Source: Laetmonice hystrix
Lineage: Eukaryota
Assembly (NCBI GenBank): GCA_965235115.1
Contig: OZ249436.1
Span: forward strand, 15,440,001-15,500,000
Direction: 5' to 3'
DNA length: 60,000 bases
Below the pieces are notes generated by a model. It was not told where the DNA came from, did no database searches, and saw only the letters and a list, made by a program, of their open reading frames with translations. The position numbers and the translations under genes were made by a program. How positions within the stretch are numbered: position 1 is the first letter of the stretch; each line of letters starts with the position of its first letter. Below, piece after piece: positions 36,590 through 50,724 of the stretch.

Positions 36590-39500
36590 TTAGTGGTAGT
36601 TTAGGGCCTGTCGTCTCACAGCATAGAGACGACATCAAAGTCGGAGGGAGCTTTAAGTGTATTTGGTCAGATTGGTTACAGGCCCGATTCAACATGGCAT
36701 CAGAACCGAAAACATGATTGCATGGGGTGCAGCCTGTGTTGTCGCTATATTAATAGGCCGCCAAGGGCATGGGTGGAAATGCTCCAATGGCCAGAAGCTA
36801 ACTGATAGTGAATGGGAGTTAGGGGCACTTCCCAAAAGATGCAGTTTTTGTTTGGCATTGGGGTGATTGATGTCTATTTTGATTTAGATGACGGCGAGGG
36901 TTACACGTGTTCATTGTGCCATTTCGGGCCGGTTCGGGACATGTAGCTCAGCTGTGTTCTTCTCCACTCCCAGATGGGCATCAGAAGAAATACACCTGTA
37001 GTGCCCATCACGATTACCGCTAATGCCAAACACTAAAGTCCCGTATAACTCAAGTGTTGTCTGTACACATCTTGACAGTTTGAAAAAGGTGAAATGTTAC
37101 AGCATGGCTGAGTGAGAAAACATGCGAAAGGAATTATTTTGTTTGTTTAAGTAGGAGCTTGTTTGCCGTCAGTTGATTTCAAACTAAGTTGGCTCGCTGA
37201 CAGCTATCTCTCCTATCATTATCCGGAAATCTTTTCGGAACCGGAGAGATATCATATTCCTCTTCGGAACTACCCAAAAATGACATGCTACTACTTAAAT
37301 CTTCAGCCATACACGACGTATTGCTCTAGATATCGTCAAAGTTGGACAATAGAAGCATTTGATGGAATTGTTAACTACCACTCGGGTTTCCCTTCTCCTT
37401 AAAGCCACTTTATGCAGCTCTGACACTTGATGGCACCGCGGTAAATGACACCAGTTGTGTGTGTGACCCGGTGGGAGCAGGAGGGCACCTTCCAATCTGG
37501 TCGGAGGTCAGACTGAAAGAAAGGCGGCTCAGAGAGAACTCCGATTATAGCAGACATTGCAGCACGGTACTTCTTGAAGATGACTCAGGGGTGTGGATTC
37601 GGGCCATGTTTTGCTGAATCTTCTCTAATATATCTTAATAAAATTGTTTGATATCTGATTGTGAAGTCAAATCAAAGTCTTTTTCGGTGCTGCCTTACGG
37701 GGCATCTAACGGACGTGTTCCATATACAGTAACCATTTATCACTTTTGAATTTGTGCTTTATGATCTGACCCCATAACGAAAGGAGAGCCGGGGGAGGGG
37801 AGCTAATCGTGCACCGATTTCTTTCTGAAGTGGACGTGCCGTACCACGTAAAGGCACTGGGTGACAATGTTATTGATATTTACATGTATCAGTTCAAACC
37901 AGCCTTGCTTTAGTGTCTCCCTTTATAAATCTAATGTGCCGCCGCTATTAAATATAGGATATACGGAGACATTGACTGAACAGGTTTGTTGTAAAGTAGG
38001 AATAATGAAGCAAAAGGTACTGAAAGATGATTGATACGTGATGGGGCTATAGTCACTGGTAGATAATTATATCCCTCTGGTCTTACTTTATGACAGTGAG
38101 TTTTTTTTATTTAGTGACTTATATGAGAATTCCTACTCCAAAATAAAGCAGATAACAAAAAGAAACAGTGAACCTAAATCTTGTCATGAACCTATCTAGG
38201 CCCCCTTAGGGGTTAGATCAGATCCGCCTTATAACAGCCGTGAGCGAGGGTGTCTATAGGGTGTCCTGTCGCATACGAGAGCCAGTGCACAAGTTTTCTT
38301 TACATGATGCTTACACAATATGGGTTTCTAGGGGCATTCTCAAACAACTGGCGCCTGCTCGCACGTGGCCAACCAAGCGTGGCCAATCACTTTATCAGCG
38401 CCTCCTTTCCGGGGGCGATGACTGGTACACAACTTCTCCTCAATACATGTCTCCACCGCTTGGCCGCCTTGTCCCCAGCATCTGGTCGGCCAAAAGAAGA
38501 AGTGTTATTTGAGAGTGCAAAGAAACGTTGGGGTACACGACTATACATGGCTAAATTAGTATTTGACGCCCCGCCCCAATAAGGTATTCTATTATGGTCC
38601 TTTCGGGGGTAGTTGACGATGGGACCTCTGACATCTGGTGCTATTTACCAGTGCGTGGAGACAATTCAAAGACACAATTCCATTATAACATGTTGAAATG
38701 TTCAGCTTGCTGTGGAGGGACTATTATATAGTTTGGTAGCTGTTCGGCTAGCTCAGCGCCACAATGGTAATGTTTTGGAGTGTCAGTAAACTTGAGGTTA
38801 CTGTAGTTGACCTCTTCATCTGGAGTAAGAAAGGTGTGTGAAAATTGACGGGGTGCCCCGTGGAACGTTTCTTTCCGTCCCGCCAGTCCCCAAATCGGGG
38901 AGAGTCGAAGCCACACCCGTTTCACCACCAGAAACTGCTGAGCTTTGCTTCCTCATTACGAGCAAGCCTGACTGATCAAAGACCAGTGGCAAAGAAGGAT
39001 GTGCTCAGTGGTCTGTAAACGACGCAGTGCTACAGTGGAACTAAGCTAATCCTTGTCTTTAAACCATCATGGCAGTCACAAGTAAAGAAGGACACCCGAA
39101 TGTTGACCCTTGTGTCCAACAACACTCCTGAGTGGGCAAGCGTAGAGTTAGACGTGAATAAACTTTTTACATTTAGGTGAAGAGAGAAGCCTCGTTCTAT
39201 AATTGCTCTGAGACATTGTTGACAGCCGGAACATGTTAGATCTGTCAATAACTGTAATTGAGCAAACACGACTGACTTTATGACCAGACTCCAAAAAGTA
39301 CCAAGTACGCCGAAACCAATGCCATGTGGTGGCGATGAACGGCCGAGCCTTTGAGTTTGTCTGTTTACTCGGAGCTCCGCCGAGGTTGGGGGCGTGAAAC
39401 GTTGCACTACGTCATCCCGGCTCCGGCCCTTCAGGCATGGTCGATCTAAGCAACCTCTGATGTTACATTTTCACTTTTTGTTTAATTTTGCTTGACTTTT

Positions 39501-42500
39501 CACCTCTGGAGGAAGCCTTTAGGATCAGGTTTACAGATCATTTTCACCCCACCATGTGTCAATATCGTGCTAACGCGTTAAACCCGACAAAAGTACATGC
39601 TGAACAAAGAGACTGACATATAGCCCATGTAAGGACTTTTTATTTAAGAGTTTTTGACGGTTAAGATGTCAATATCTTGACAGACGACTGACAGACTTCA
39701 AATTAGGGGGATGCTGAAGAAAGGGCTTGTTATTTAGAATGGGATCTTATTTAGTTTTGAAAGCATTTTACTCAAGAATACAAACAACTTGAACTTACGA
39801 GTACACTATAGGAATAAAAGATTAAATGTCTTTATACTGAATGCCCTGTACTTGATGACAGGGCATCCATGTATTTGTTTCTCTTGATATATTTAATCCT
39901 GTCAGTAAAGGTAGTCACGCAAAGAAATCATTTCGTGAGAGGATAAAGATGTATTGTGAACGCTTGAACTCGTTTCACTTATCCTTCTTATGTCATGAAT
40001 CTTCTTCGCTGCTTTCTCAAAGGTATTCGAAAACGCGCACGGTTTTGTGAGAGTCAGTTTAATGATATATATCCAGTCCTGAACTGTTACATTTTAAGTA
40101 TTGTCAAGACGTGATGTGAAGATGTCACGAAATATGGGGTTGTATAAGTGCCAAGTGAAATAGATAACATAACTAGAATTCTTCAACAGTGGCGGTCATG
40201 TTTTAAGTATACTGGAGGACAGGCATGAAAGCCTGGGGAACTTAAGGGTCGAGCTTCTGACATGAATGGGGGATTCCTCCTGCTACGTATATCCTACCGA
40301 GGCTTATTTTTACGCGCCTTTTTCAATTAGGTCCCGTCTTAATCTTTGGAAGATTACAACCAGCTTGGCAGCCTGATGATATATGAGCACTTACATCGAA
40401 GTAATATATTTGACCTGTCATTTTGTTTTATTACCTTTCCACCTCGTCGGAGAAGCAGGGTATATGCCACAATATCTCTGCACAGGGAGCGACTACCTTT
40501 TCAGTAAGTTTCCTGATAAGATGTATTCACTCTCTGTCGGGCACATCTCAATTGACGTCTACCTTTATGGTATCTCGGTTTATGGCTAGGTTTGTGACAT
40601 TGTAAGTATTTTGAGTACAAAGTAAGTCGAGGACAATCCTATCTATAGCGCTCGAATAACCGTCTGGAGAGAGAGCCCGGTCTGGGTATTGATGGTGACA
40701 GGAAGGGGTCGGGAGAGGTGGGTACCGGAAGCCGGTGTGGTGGTGCGGACCCGTGTCAGGAGCTGGGGGCTGGTCGTCAGGTGGTTACCACTCCACACAT
40801 GATGAAGTACACGGTTCACAGCCTGTTAAAGCTGGCCTACAAGTATATCCATCAACGAAACTTCAGACACGTAGCTTTATTATAAATGAGTATGTTTATG
40901 AATATATTTTGCTCGTAGGATGGCGAAGTCGGCGAATTTTCTGAATATATCAATTAAAATGCTATTTTTTCTCATGTTTGCAACTGCTCTGAGGTTGGCG
41001 CCCACTGAACGCCTGAGCATGAAATCTATGTTTAAGAAATCTGTTAAGCCTACATGTTGTACATGTGGATTTGTCGATGGGGAAATGTCCATCTTGAAAA
41101 AGTGATTGTACACCTTTAATTATATGTAGCTTGTTCATATTGTCATGATCGACTGGGCGATTTGTAGATGTAGACGTAAAATCGGTTGACGGTGGCATAT
41201 ATTGAGAACATTATGAGGGCGGGGCAATGACCGATCATAACAAGGGCAGCAGGGGCCGTGCCGTACTGGTCTGTCAACCCCAAGATGGGAGGGGGGGGGG
41301 GGCACGGCCCACTGCCTCGCTATGCCTAAATATGCCAACGGAATAGGCCAGGGAGCATGCCTAGATCACATCTATGTTGGATTTCGTCATTACTAATGGT
41401 AATTAAGCATTGAGAGATCACGTTGATTGGAAGGATTTACCGTTATTGTAAAGTATGGGCAGCAACATGACGTACAATATCAGCCGTGGTATTGGATCCC
41501 GCCATCCTTGTCACTTCCTGACAGGGAAATCACTGGTAATTACTGACCCTGTTAAGCTGAACTTTAAAATAATGCTATGAAATTATTATCTCAGAATTAT
41601 TTGTAACTAGCTTCAATTAAGAACAATTAAATTAAGTTTCAAACATGTACCCCGCTAGCAAGATTAATGATGTAAAAAGATGAGCGATGCGAGGGATCTA
41701 TTACTTTGATTATTTCAGTCCGAATTGTTAGCCAACCAAACGATATCAAATGGTGTGATTCCCTAATATACGTCGGTGTGTAACCAAATAAAGACGGAGT
41801 ATTGATGAGCTGAGATCAAAGCTAATAATGTTCTGTTGGGATATTAGAAACTCATGCAATTACAATGTAACCAGGCATACACGTGGCAGTCTTAACTGGT
41901 CTTTTTATTCTGGACCAGTTCGTGAATATAGTGAAAAATAGTCTGATAGTAAAATGTTTGGTATTGTATGGTATTGACAGAGGGGGGAAAGGTATAGATG
42001 GTCCGACAGCCACCCCCTCCCCACCCCTTTATACTTTTCTGTCTTGATAACACTAGCCCATCGGATTATAGCGATGTGAATGTGAAGCTACGCCCAAGCA
42101 CTGTCCATACTTCCGTGTGAGACATGCGCGGTGAAAGTGATGGCATGACGTTGTCGTTACATCCCGATATATCATAAGTCACCATGGAGGGTGACGGGGG
42201 TGCACTATGCTACATACATCACCCTGTCATTAGACATGCCAGTTACTCGTCGGGGCACTAAGCTACATGACTTAACATAATGAACATTTCCAAACCTGCA
42301 TGCCAGTTTGTCAGTCTAACAAAACGACACTATCTTTAAGCCATTTTTTTGTAACTGCGTAGGAATATTTTGTTGTCAGGAGAGATACTAGTATTAGACT
42401 CGGGGCGAGGACGCACGTTTCGAGGGTTGTAGTGAAACTCATCGTTGTTGGTATGATGACCACAGTTGACATCGCCGGTCAAACAGATACATCATACTGA

Positions 42501-43390
42501 CATCTTTGCTCTGAGCTACAGCTGCACTTATACCCGTTAGGTCTGCAGTCCTTTCTTGTCAAAAGTAAAAAATCTGTTCTTTGGGTGTCTGATCTGTCTT
42601 CGAAGTCCTCTATACAAGAGCACCTTTGATATATACACCTATTACATGTATGTCAGAGCGATTCCTATACAGTAAGCCTATTTTATTGGTATCCTCTAGA
42701 TTTGTAGAATCGTATTACGAGGAACTGCTTTCCAGAAAGTAATCCTCCAAGAAATCGCCAATCTGATGAATTATAGAACTTGAGAAGCTACAAACTTTTC
42801 GAATGTCAAATATCCAGCTCGCCCTATGGCGTAAGAAGCAGACCAGAGATATTCGGCTTTAATACGCAATCCTGCCCCCCCCCCCCCAGTTCTAAATCTA
42901 ATGCTAGGTCCCATTCAAACTGGGCGCTTCTTATGGCGTGGGTCATGGCCAATGTGATGTCTATGAATATGAAATGGGTACTGTCATTAAAAAAGTAGAA
43001 AATATAGACAAGAACCTTTCAAGTGCACATGAGATAAATCGTCAGCCATCTGAAAGAAACACTGGTTGTGTTTTAAGTTGAGTTATTCGTGTCCGCATTG
43101 CCTGCAGCATAAATTGAAGACTTGTAAACAAAAGAACCAAGGAAACACGTTCCTCACGGCACCTTCTAAGGATAGTAAGAAAGAATTGCGTTAATGGCAA
43201 GATGATGAGAAAAAGTATTTAGTCGGAGTGAAACTCCAGATCCTGTCTCCTTCCTGTGCCTTCTGGCAGCCGGGCCTCAAAGGTTAATGTTGGTCCCGAA
43301 TCCTGGCGTCGGTGATGGGAATGAATGGTTGCTCTCTGCCTGCATGGGAAAGTTGTTGTTCCATGAAGATGCTTTGCAAAGACGACTTAA

Positions 43391-44003
43391 GGACAAGTGC
43401 TAGTGTGAGGCCCAAAAATTTTTTGAGACAGATTTTTTTTTATATTTTGCAGATATTTGCAGTATGTTATCCTCTTTCAAAATTCAGCAAAAAAATTATA
43501 CCTCACCGGCTTAGTTTTTTTGTTAAGAGCGTTTGAAGTTGGTATTTTCTACATGTTAATGAATACAGTTTGCAATTTTTTTTTTACCACTTTTTTTTGT
43601 CAGAACGGTGTTATGACAAATAGAAGTGGTTAAAAAAAAAAAAAAAAAAGAGAAAAAAAATTTTTACTTTGAACCTTTTTTACTGGTGTAAATGAGCAAA
43701 AGTGAAAATGTTCAAAATCAAACTTTTTTTTTTTTTTTTTTTTTTACCACTTCTATAACTTGAAGACCGTTATGACAAATAAAAATGGTAAAAAAAAATA
43801 AAAAAAACACACAATTCTAAGCACTAATTATTAATTAACATGACGAACATATCAATTTCAAACGCTCTTAACAAAAAAACTAACCCGGTGAGGTATTATT
43901 TTTTTTGGTGAATTTTGAAAGAGGACAACATACTCTGTTTATCTGCAAAATTTAAAAAAAATCTGTCAAAAAAAAATTTTGGGCCTCACACTAGCACTTG
44001 TCC
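43391..44003. mobile_element. Palindromic Kolobok-like MITE with TTAA TSD
   Basis: TTAA|GGACAAGTGCTAGTGTGAGGCCC ... GGGCCTCACACTAGCACTTGTCC|TTAA, with arms complementary over most of the length. Confidence 0.88.
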
Positions 44004-47000
44004 TTAACTGGTAGATAAATTACCCTGGCCCTCTGTGGCAATCTGAATGTCTCTCAGTGATAATGTATCGAGATGGTATAGTATCTTTAATTACCTGGTT
44101 CTAAGTTTTGGATGAACCTTGGCTTTACGACATGTTGTACCATACCGCCGGTGCATTGTTTTTAGTTTCTTGTACCTCTAAAGGTTACTCATGAATTGCA
44201 ACTAACTTTACAAATCAAGCAACTAAATAACTGCTACTTTACTATATAAGATAACCCTGGATCTTAAAATATGACAGAGCATTAAGATGCCCAGTTTCAC
44301 TACTCGATCCCGTGTGAGACTGGCGCATGGCACAGACGCGTAGACTTAGATCTATGATCAAAACTTCAGTTTGGTTGATTTGTTAAATCGTTCAAAGGAT
44401 TTAACACAGGTACAGTTAAACTCTAAAGTGTAATCCTAGTTTTAGAATCCCAGCTAACGCCTAACTGAAAACATTTGAAACTAATGAAGGCTCTGAGCTT
44501 TGTTGACGTCATTGCTGGATCACCAAACGGATGCAGACGTACTAAAAATGTACGTTACATACAGCTATACAGGCAGCTGATAATTGTATACTACAGAATC
44601 CCCTCCCTAATTCACCGTTCTGCCCTTTATTTCTTTTCCCTTTTTTATATAATTTTTTATGAACTGATCTCGGCTGTAAACATAATGTGTAGCCTGCCAG
44701 GAGAGAGAGAGAGGCTGATTGAGGTAAGCAGACATTGAGGCAGTACGCCCCAACATGTTGCCGTTTGTAAGAGCACCATGCAGTCGGCGTTGGGCCTCAG
44801 TCGTACGGCTGACCTCCGCCCTCAAATGTCGGCTCGAACAGACTCGCATGCCCGGCGGATTCCTACCCAACAACAGTCTTGACATGAAGTCAACCAGCAC
44901 TAACAGAATTTGTCCACTGTTGAAGGGAGGAATCATTCCAGGTTAGCCGCCTGGATGTAGCTGACAGCACCACTGACAAGTCAGTTAGCAGTCTGTATGA
45001 CTGTCATGTGTGGGATGGAGAGAGAGTCAATTCTACTCTTGATTCGACGTAATCTGTCGAGGCATTTCAGTTTGTTTTCAAGTCGAAACGCTTCCCTTGG
45101 TCTTGTTTCCCATTTATCAAAAAGTTGCCAGTAGCTCGAAGCAAGTCATACCACAGGGGCTTCGTCCGTTCGAGGTCTGTAGTATAAACCCAAGGAATGA
45201 AACGTCGAGGCTCCTGTAGTCATACCGATATAACATTTATGGAATGTTTGAGAGAATTTGTGGCACCAAGTTTGAACGAGCAGTGATTATACTTTCTTCA
45301 TTTGACCCACTTTGTTCCCTATATAAGTATATTAATTTAATTTTAGGACCGCACTTATTGTTATATCGTTGGGCACAGCAGTGTTTGTAGCACCAAATAT
45401 ATCCATTCGAGACGTAAAGTAACGAAGATGACGAAAGGATAGCTCAGATAAAGTTTTGTGGTACCCTTGCTGTGAGAGGCCAGTGGCAGGTAATAAAGTG
45501 GACCAAAACGGTCTGTATCAAGTGAGGAGGTGCTGACAGCACGTGGAATGGGAAGTGTTGGGGAAGGGCTCCTTACTCCTCCTCCCAGACTCTCGAACTG
45601 TTGGCTAACGGCCCTCCAGGAGGCTGTCAACTGGAGAGGTGTTTACGGTCACACTCCAGGAACCGGGCTCTTGGGCCGCCTCCACATTGTATCTCTGACT
45701 AACTAATGAAATAAATCATTACGCTTCCTTAACCATTTGTCTGGTCGAGCATCTTATACTCTGAAGTGGAGAGAAATGGCGGCAATTTTTTCTTCTCCGT
45801 TTATTTATTCCTCCCTCGTGTTATCGTGTAGGTAGTTAAGAGAGATAAGATAAATGTACGCGTAGATGCTGCAGAGTTGGTGGGAGGAAAGGTGAGAAAT
45901 TGTTGAAATCAAGGAGCGGTTTCATGATGGCATCATTTAGCACCGCATCCGAGAGGGTTGTGTACGGCGGCCCCAGCTCATCTGTCGCCGGCCTCCGTCC
46001 CAAAGTCGGACGGCCAACTGCCTTCACTACCGCCTGCACCGATCACTTAAGTCGCAGTCAGACGAGCGCCCTGTCAGTTTGGGTCTTCTTTATCACATTC
46101 AGATGCTAGAGCATTACAAATTGCTGACATTTGGGGCTAGGTTATCAGCATCATAGGCATGCCTGGCTGATAGGCAGGTCTGAGGAAACCAGCAGCCAGC
46201 GGTAACACTTGTTGGCTGCAGGGCAGCCTCCTGACTTAGGGCAAACCGGGGGGTGGGTCCAAACGTATAGTCCAACCAAAGTCACCGGCTTTAAACTTCA
46301 AAACAGACAAGATTGCTGTTGTTTTAAATGAAAGGCGCGGGATTGAAGCGAGTTGGGAGGGGCCTGTTAGTGGGGAGAGGGAGTAGGACAGGTGTAGGTA
46401 GGTCTATCAGGCTGTGGGAGCATACAGGGTTAGGAGTTTTACCGAGGTACCGCTATGATCGATCTACTGGGCTACACTAGACAACTCTCTGCCTAGCACT
46501 CACGGCCCAACCCTCTATGCTTCGTGGACACACGGAATCTTTATTGGTGCTTGGAATTTCCTACCGTCTTTGGAGCGGCAACAAACCCTTTTAACTTCAA
46601 ATTGAAAACACCTACTGCAGTATGCAAATCATAGTGTATAATGTTTGCCTTTTTAAGTTTCTATAACTTTTGAGTAAACCTTGAAATAACGTTTTTATAC
46701 CATTATAACTCGCATTTGATTTTTTGTTCCGTTTTGTTTGTTTATTTTATTAAGTTTTATTCTCTTGTTGGAATGAAATGTTGTTATATATTGTAGCAAC
46801 ATGGGGTTGGCGCTGTTCAGTCTTTGTCTTGATCCTATCAATGATATATAGGCCTACATCTCTCAGGTATGATAGCACCTGGCACGCAGGAGGGAGAAAA
46901 ACTGGGGCTGAAGTATTATTGATGTTCTCATAAACGTACATGGACAGAGCAAGGTTGATACAAGCTACACTAGACACTTAGCTATGGATGCAGTTGTTTT

Positions 47001-49685
47001 TGGAATTTTGAGACGCAAATCTTATAGTTGGGTGGTCTCTGGGCTTTCTGTGTGTGTTGGTTTCATTGCTGAGGGCCTTCATCTTTTTGATAATGTATAG
47101 TCAAACTATCAACACATCGTATTTTCTAAATATAGTTTATTATGAAACTATAGACTATAACCGTAGCCTGAACTAAAAGATTAGGTACTTACAGCTGGAG
47201 ATGGTGATCTGGTTTAGGATAACCTCGTGGTAGAATGACCTTGTACTCGACCACCACCGAATCACAGCGAATGGTTTAAACACGATTCCCTGTGAAGTCG
47301 GCACGGTTATAGAAAACATGTCATAAACCACTTGGTATATATGTGTGGCCACCTTGATACGAGAGAGAGCCAGTTGTCTGGGGCATTTGACTTCATGCTT
47401 CTCGTTTCTGAACAAGTTTTATAAAGCAATGTTTGTCTTTACATGTTGTTATCAGTTAATCCCAGAAGAAAACTAAAAGAGTTTGTTGATATTCCATGTT
47501 ACCTGTATAGACCTCATGTGAGCAGTTGGTACTCGTTGGTATGACGTACTTTGGGAGTCTTCACAAGCAGTCTGTCAAAGTCTGACCTTCTGCACCGGAA
47601 GTCGAATTACGTCCGATTTTCCGTGGGATCGGGGCGCGTGCTTGTTTGAAATGGGTCTGACAGAGTGTAGGACAACCAAAACGTAAGGCCAGATCAATTT
47701 TGACAGGAAAGAAAGAAGAAAAATAGAAAAGGCCGAACAAAGCTATGCAATACTAATAGGCTCCAGGGCTGGATCACTTGCTTTCCAGGTTGGGGGGTGG
47801 CGCCAAGGAGCAAGGAGTGTTTTGGAGATAATAAAAAGGAGGGAAACAGGAGGCGTAAAACACTCTCTCTTTCTATACAAGATTTGTTTGGAGATGGAGT
47901 CTCTCTGTCCGTCTGTCTCTTTCTCTGTCTCTCTCTCTCGCTCTCTCTTGCATGGGGCTTGCATGGGCACCCAAAGCACTCCCCTCGTCTGGACCTGGGC
48001 TCTGTAACGCTTCAAGAAAGTGGATCTGGGCGCTGTATTGGAGAGGGATGCGTATGCAACCTTAGCATCTCGTCCTACTCCCGGTTACGCGCCTGAAGTA
48101 AAATGTTAGGCGTTACCAAATTTGACCCAAAGATTTATATTCGCCACGAGACACATCGGCATCTGCCTGTAAGAGGACGTCTTTTGTTACTAGTCTTTTG
48201 TAAGCCTAAAAACAACTCGGACGTCAGCCAGACCAAGGTAATAATGATAGGCTCATCAGCTGAAGCTTTCATTGATTATCCGTCATGGTATGAGTAAGGC
48301 CACGGGAGATCGTTTTTGTCTAGACAGCCAGGATGCTCGGGTCCCTATCCCAGATGTATAGCAGGCGGACAGTGCTGTAATGTAGCTGGGACCGAGAGGC
48401 CGGTGTCTGGCCGGCCGGGCCGGGCGCCTGGGTCATGGCGGTCCGTCACCGTACTCCCGTCCTACCCTGCCTTCAGTCTCCCCCCTCAACCAATCTCGCT
48501 ACGTCAAGGTGCTGGCTACATGGCTGGAAACACTTAGACCGGTCCGGTAACCATACTTCTTTTGATGTATAGGGTAGCCGAGATAGATAGCTAGAACCAA
48601 ATCTTGCTTTCACCACAGGAAGCACTTGTTCTTTTATACCTTATATGAAGGAAGGACAGTAAAGGGCACATGGTAAACCACCCCACCCCCCTGATTTTTC
48701 TCGTCATATATATTTCTCGGCAAAATTATCACCTGGAGATGAATATATTAAAAGTATTTTTTATGTCGTTTCAGGTTCGTGCGTTCTCCAGTGAGTGGTA
48801 TGCCATACTGTGCTCGGTACTGATCACCGAACTCGCCCTGTCATCAAGTCGTCAGACCCATCCATTCATCCCATCCTGGATCATCCATCTCTACGCCGTG
48901 AGATACGTGTGGCGGCTGATCGCAAAATGTCCACTGCGAGAGTGAATTCATTGCCACTGTAATACAGTTGCCTATATGTAATGCCCTCACGATCGATATC
49001 GATAATCAGGAATCTAGTCTCAAAGAACTTGACGAGATGATACGCTCAACTTTTGTTTTGTTTAAGAAATCTAATGTTATTTTGTAAATGTAGAGTTGCG
49101 CCACTTTTGTGGCGGGGAATGTATCTGTAAGCAGCTTATTCGCTTCTAACATTCCTCTAACCATATGCTTACAATGAAACGTTTTTCTCCATTAGTAAAT
49201 GCAGGCTTTCTGTTAAAGAGGGTAAATCACATTTGTAAGAAAGGTTCGTAAGTTCATTACGTCTACCAGAATTATGGATATCATGCTATTCTGTAATCCC
49301 ACTAGAATCCTAATCCATAACTTATATTATTCCCTCGAAGAGTCCACGTACCGTGCTTGGTGTGTACCTGTCTCTAATGAGGCAGGGAACCAGCCAGCAG
49401 CGGAACTCGAGCTCCGGTTTCGCGCCTGCTGAGGCACACATGCCATACGACTGAAAAATGTCGGCAGCTTAATTTAAGTTCGTCATACGATTATACAACG
49501 GTAATCATTGTCATTTTGTTATATTATTGAGGGTACTTATGTTACAGCTGGATCTGTAAACATTAATGATTTCTAATAGGAACCTATTTATGAGATGTAT
49601 ATGGTTACTCGACAAAACAAGTTAACTACACAGTACTGCAAATTGGATCATTCAAATCCCTAGTATTAGTAATAACATGTATGGA

Positions 49686-49849
49686 ATACTGCCAGGTATA
49701 TGGCGGAAGTAGTTGCATCATCCCACATGGCCACTGTACACGTAGTGCCCGGATGACGAAACCATGAATACTGCCAGATACCTATGACCAAAGATATGAC
49801 CTCCAATGGCAGAAGCAGTTGCATCATCCCACATGGCCACTGTACACGT
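49686..49849 (+). repeat. Local tandem duplication
   Basis: AATACTGCCAG..ATGGCRGAAGYAGTTGCATCATCCCACATGGCCACTGTACACGT occurs twice (49686-49743 and 49768-49849). Confidence 0.85.
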
Positions 49850-49943
49850 TATAAATGAGTCGACTCGTAGCCTAGAATCAGGTGATGAGGTATGAAAGCC
49901 GCCTTGTGATCCAAAGATACTGCTATAATAATGATTATATTAA

Positions 49944-50247
49944 AGTGCAACTGACATCAAATAGATCACTTTGAGTTGTAGCCGTATCCCTGATAGGTTT
50001 CTCAGAAGTCCTCTCAATTTAGAAAAATATTGAAAATTCGCATCTTACGCCTCATCACAGTCTCACTCCTGCCTATTCTTTACCATTGCCCCTGATGACG
50101 TCACTAGGGGAATTGGTCTTTAAAACAGCTTACACACAGCTCATATTCTTGTACAATAACCGCTCCTTTAAGTTAAACAACAACAAATTACATGTATCAT
50201 CAGGATCTGGCACTAAATTTCATGTAGATTTTGATGTCTGTTGGACT
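49944..50247. mobile_element. Kolobok-like MITE with TTAA TSD
   Basis: TTAA|AGTGCAACTGACATCAAA ... TTTGATGTCTGTTGGACT|TTAA. Confidence 0.65.
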
Positions 50248-50433
50248 TTAAAGGTCAGTGCTCCATCCTGATTGTGTCAACTGTACAGATATCACCAGAG
50301 GTGTGTCCGACAAAGTATGTAGTACAGGCAGAAATGTATTTATCTCCAAGAGCAGCTTCTAGTTGAACTATTCACAAACTTTACTGACTTACCGGAATTC
50401 CCCATGTCTAAGGCTAAAATTTGACTGCGGCTA

Positions 50434-50724
50434 AAGCTACTATACACTAAGCAACTTTTGTTGCCGAGATATGTCTCCTCGAATCAAGGGCGATTGGCGG
50501 CGCGACTGAGGCCACGAGGCCAGCGTCATATCTGTCAACGGAGTACAACGCGCGCTGATTGGTTGGTTTCGGGCGACCGAATAGAACATGGTTCTATTTC
50601 CAGGCAACTAAGATTTTATCGCCGCGACAAGAAAGAGACAAGCAACTTTTCAGTATACACTGGGCGATTCTGTCGCCGCGACTCGGTCGCAGCAACAAAA
50701 GTTGCCTATAAGTGTATCGTCGGT
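50434..50724. mobile_element. Harbinger-like MITE
   Basis: Inverted termini GCTACTATACACTAAGCAACTTTTGTTGC / GCAACAAAAGTTGCCTATAAGTGTATCGTCGG with internal GCGAC/GCAAC repeats. Confidence 0.6.
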
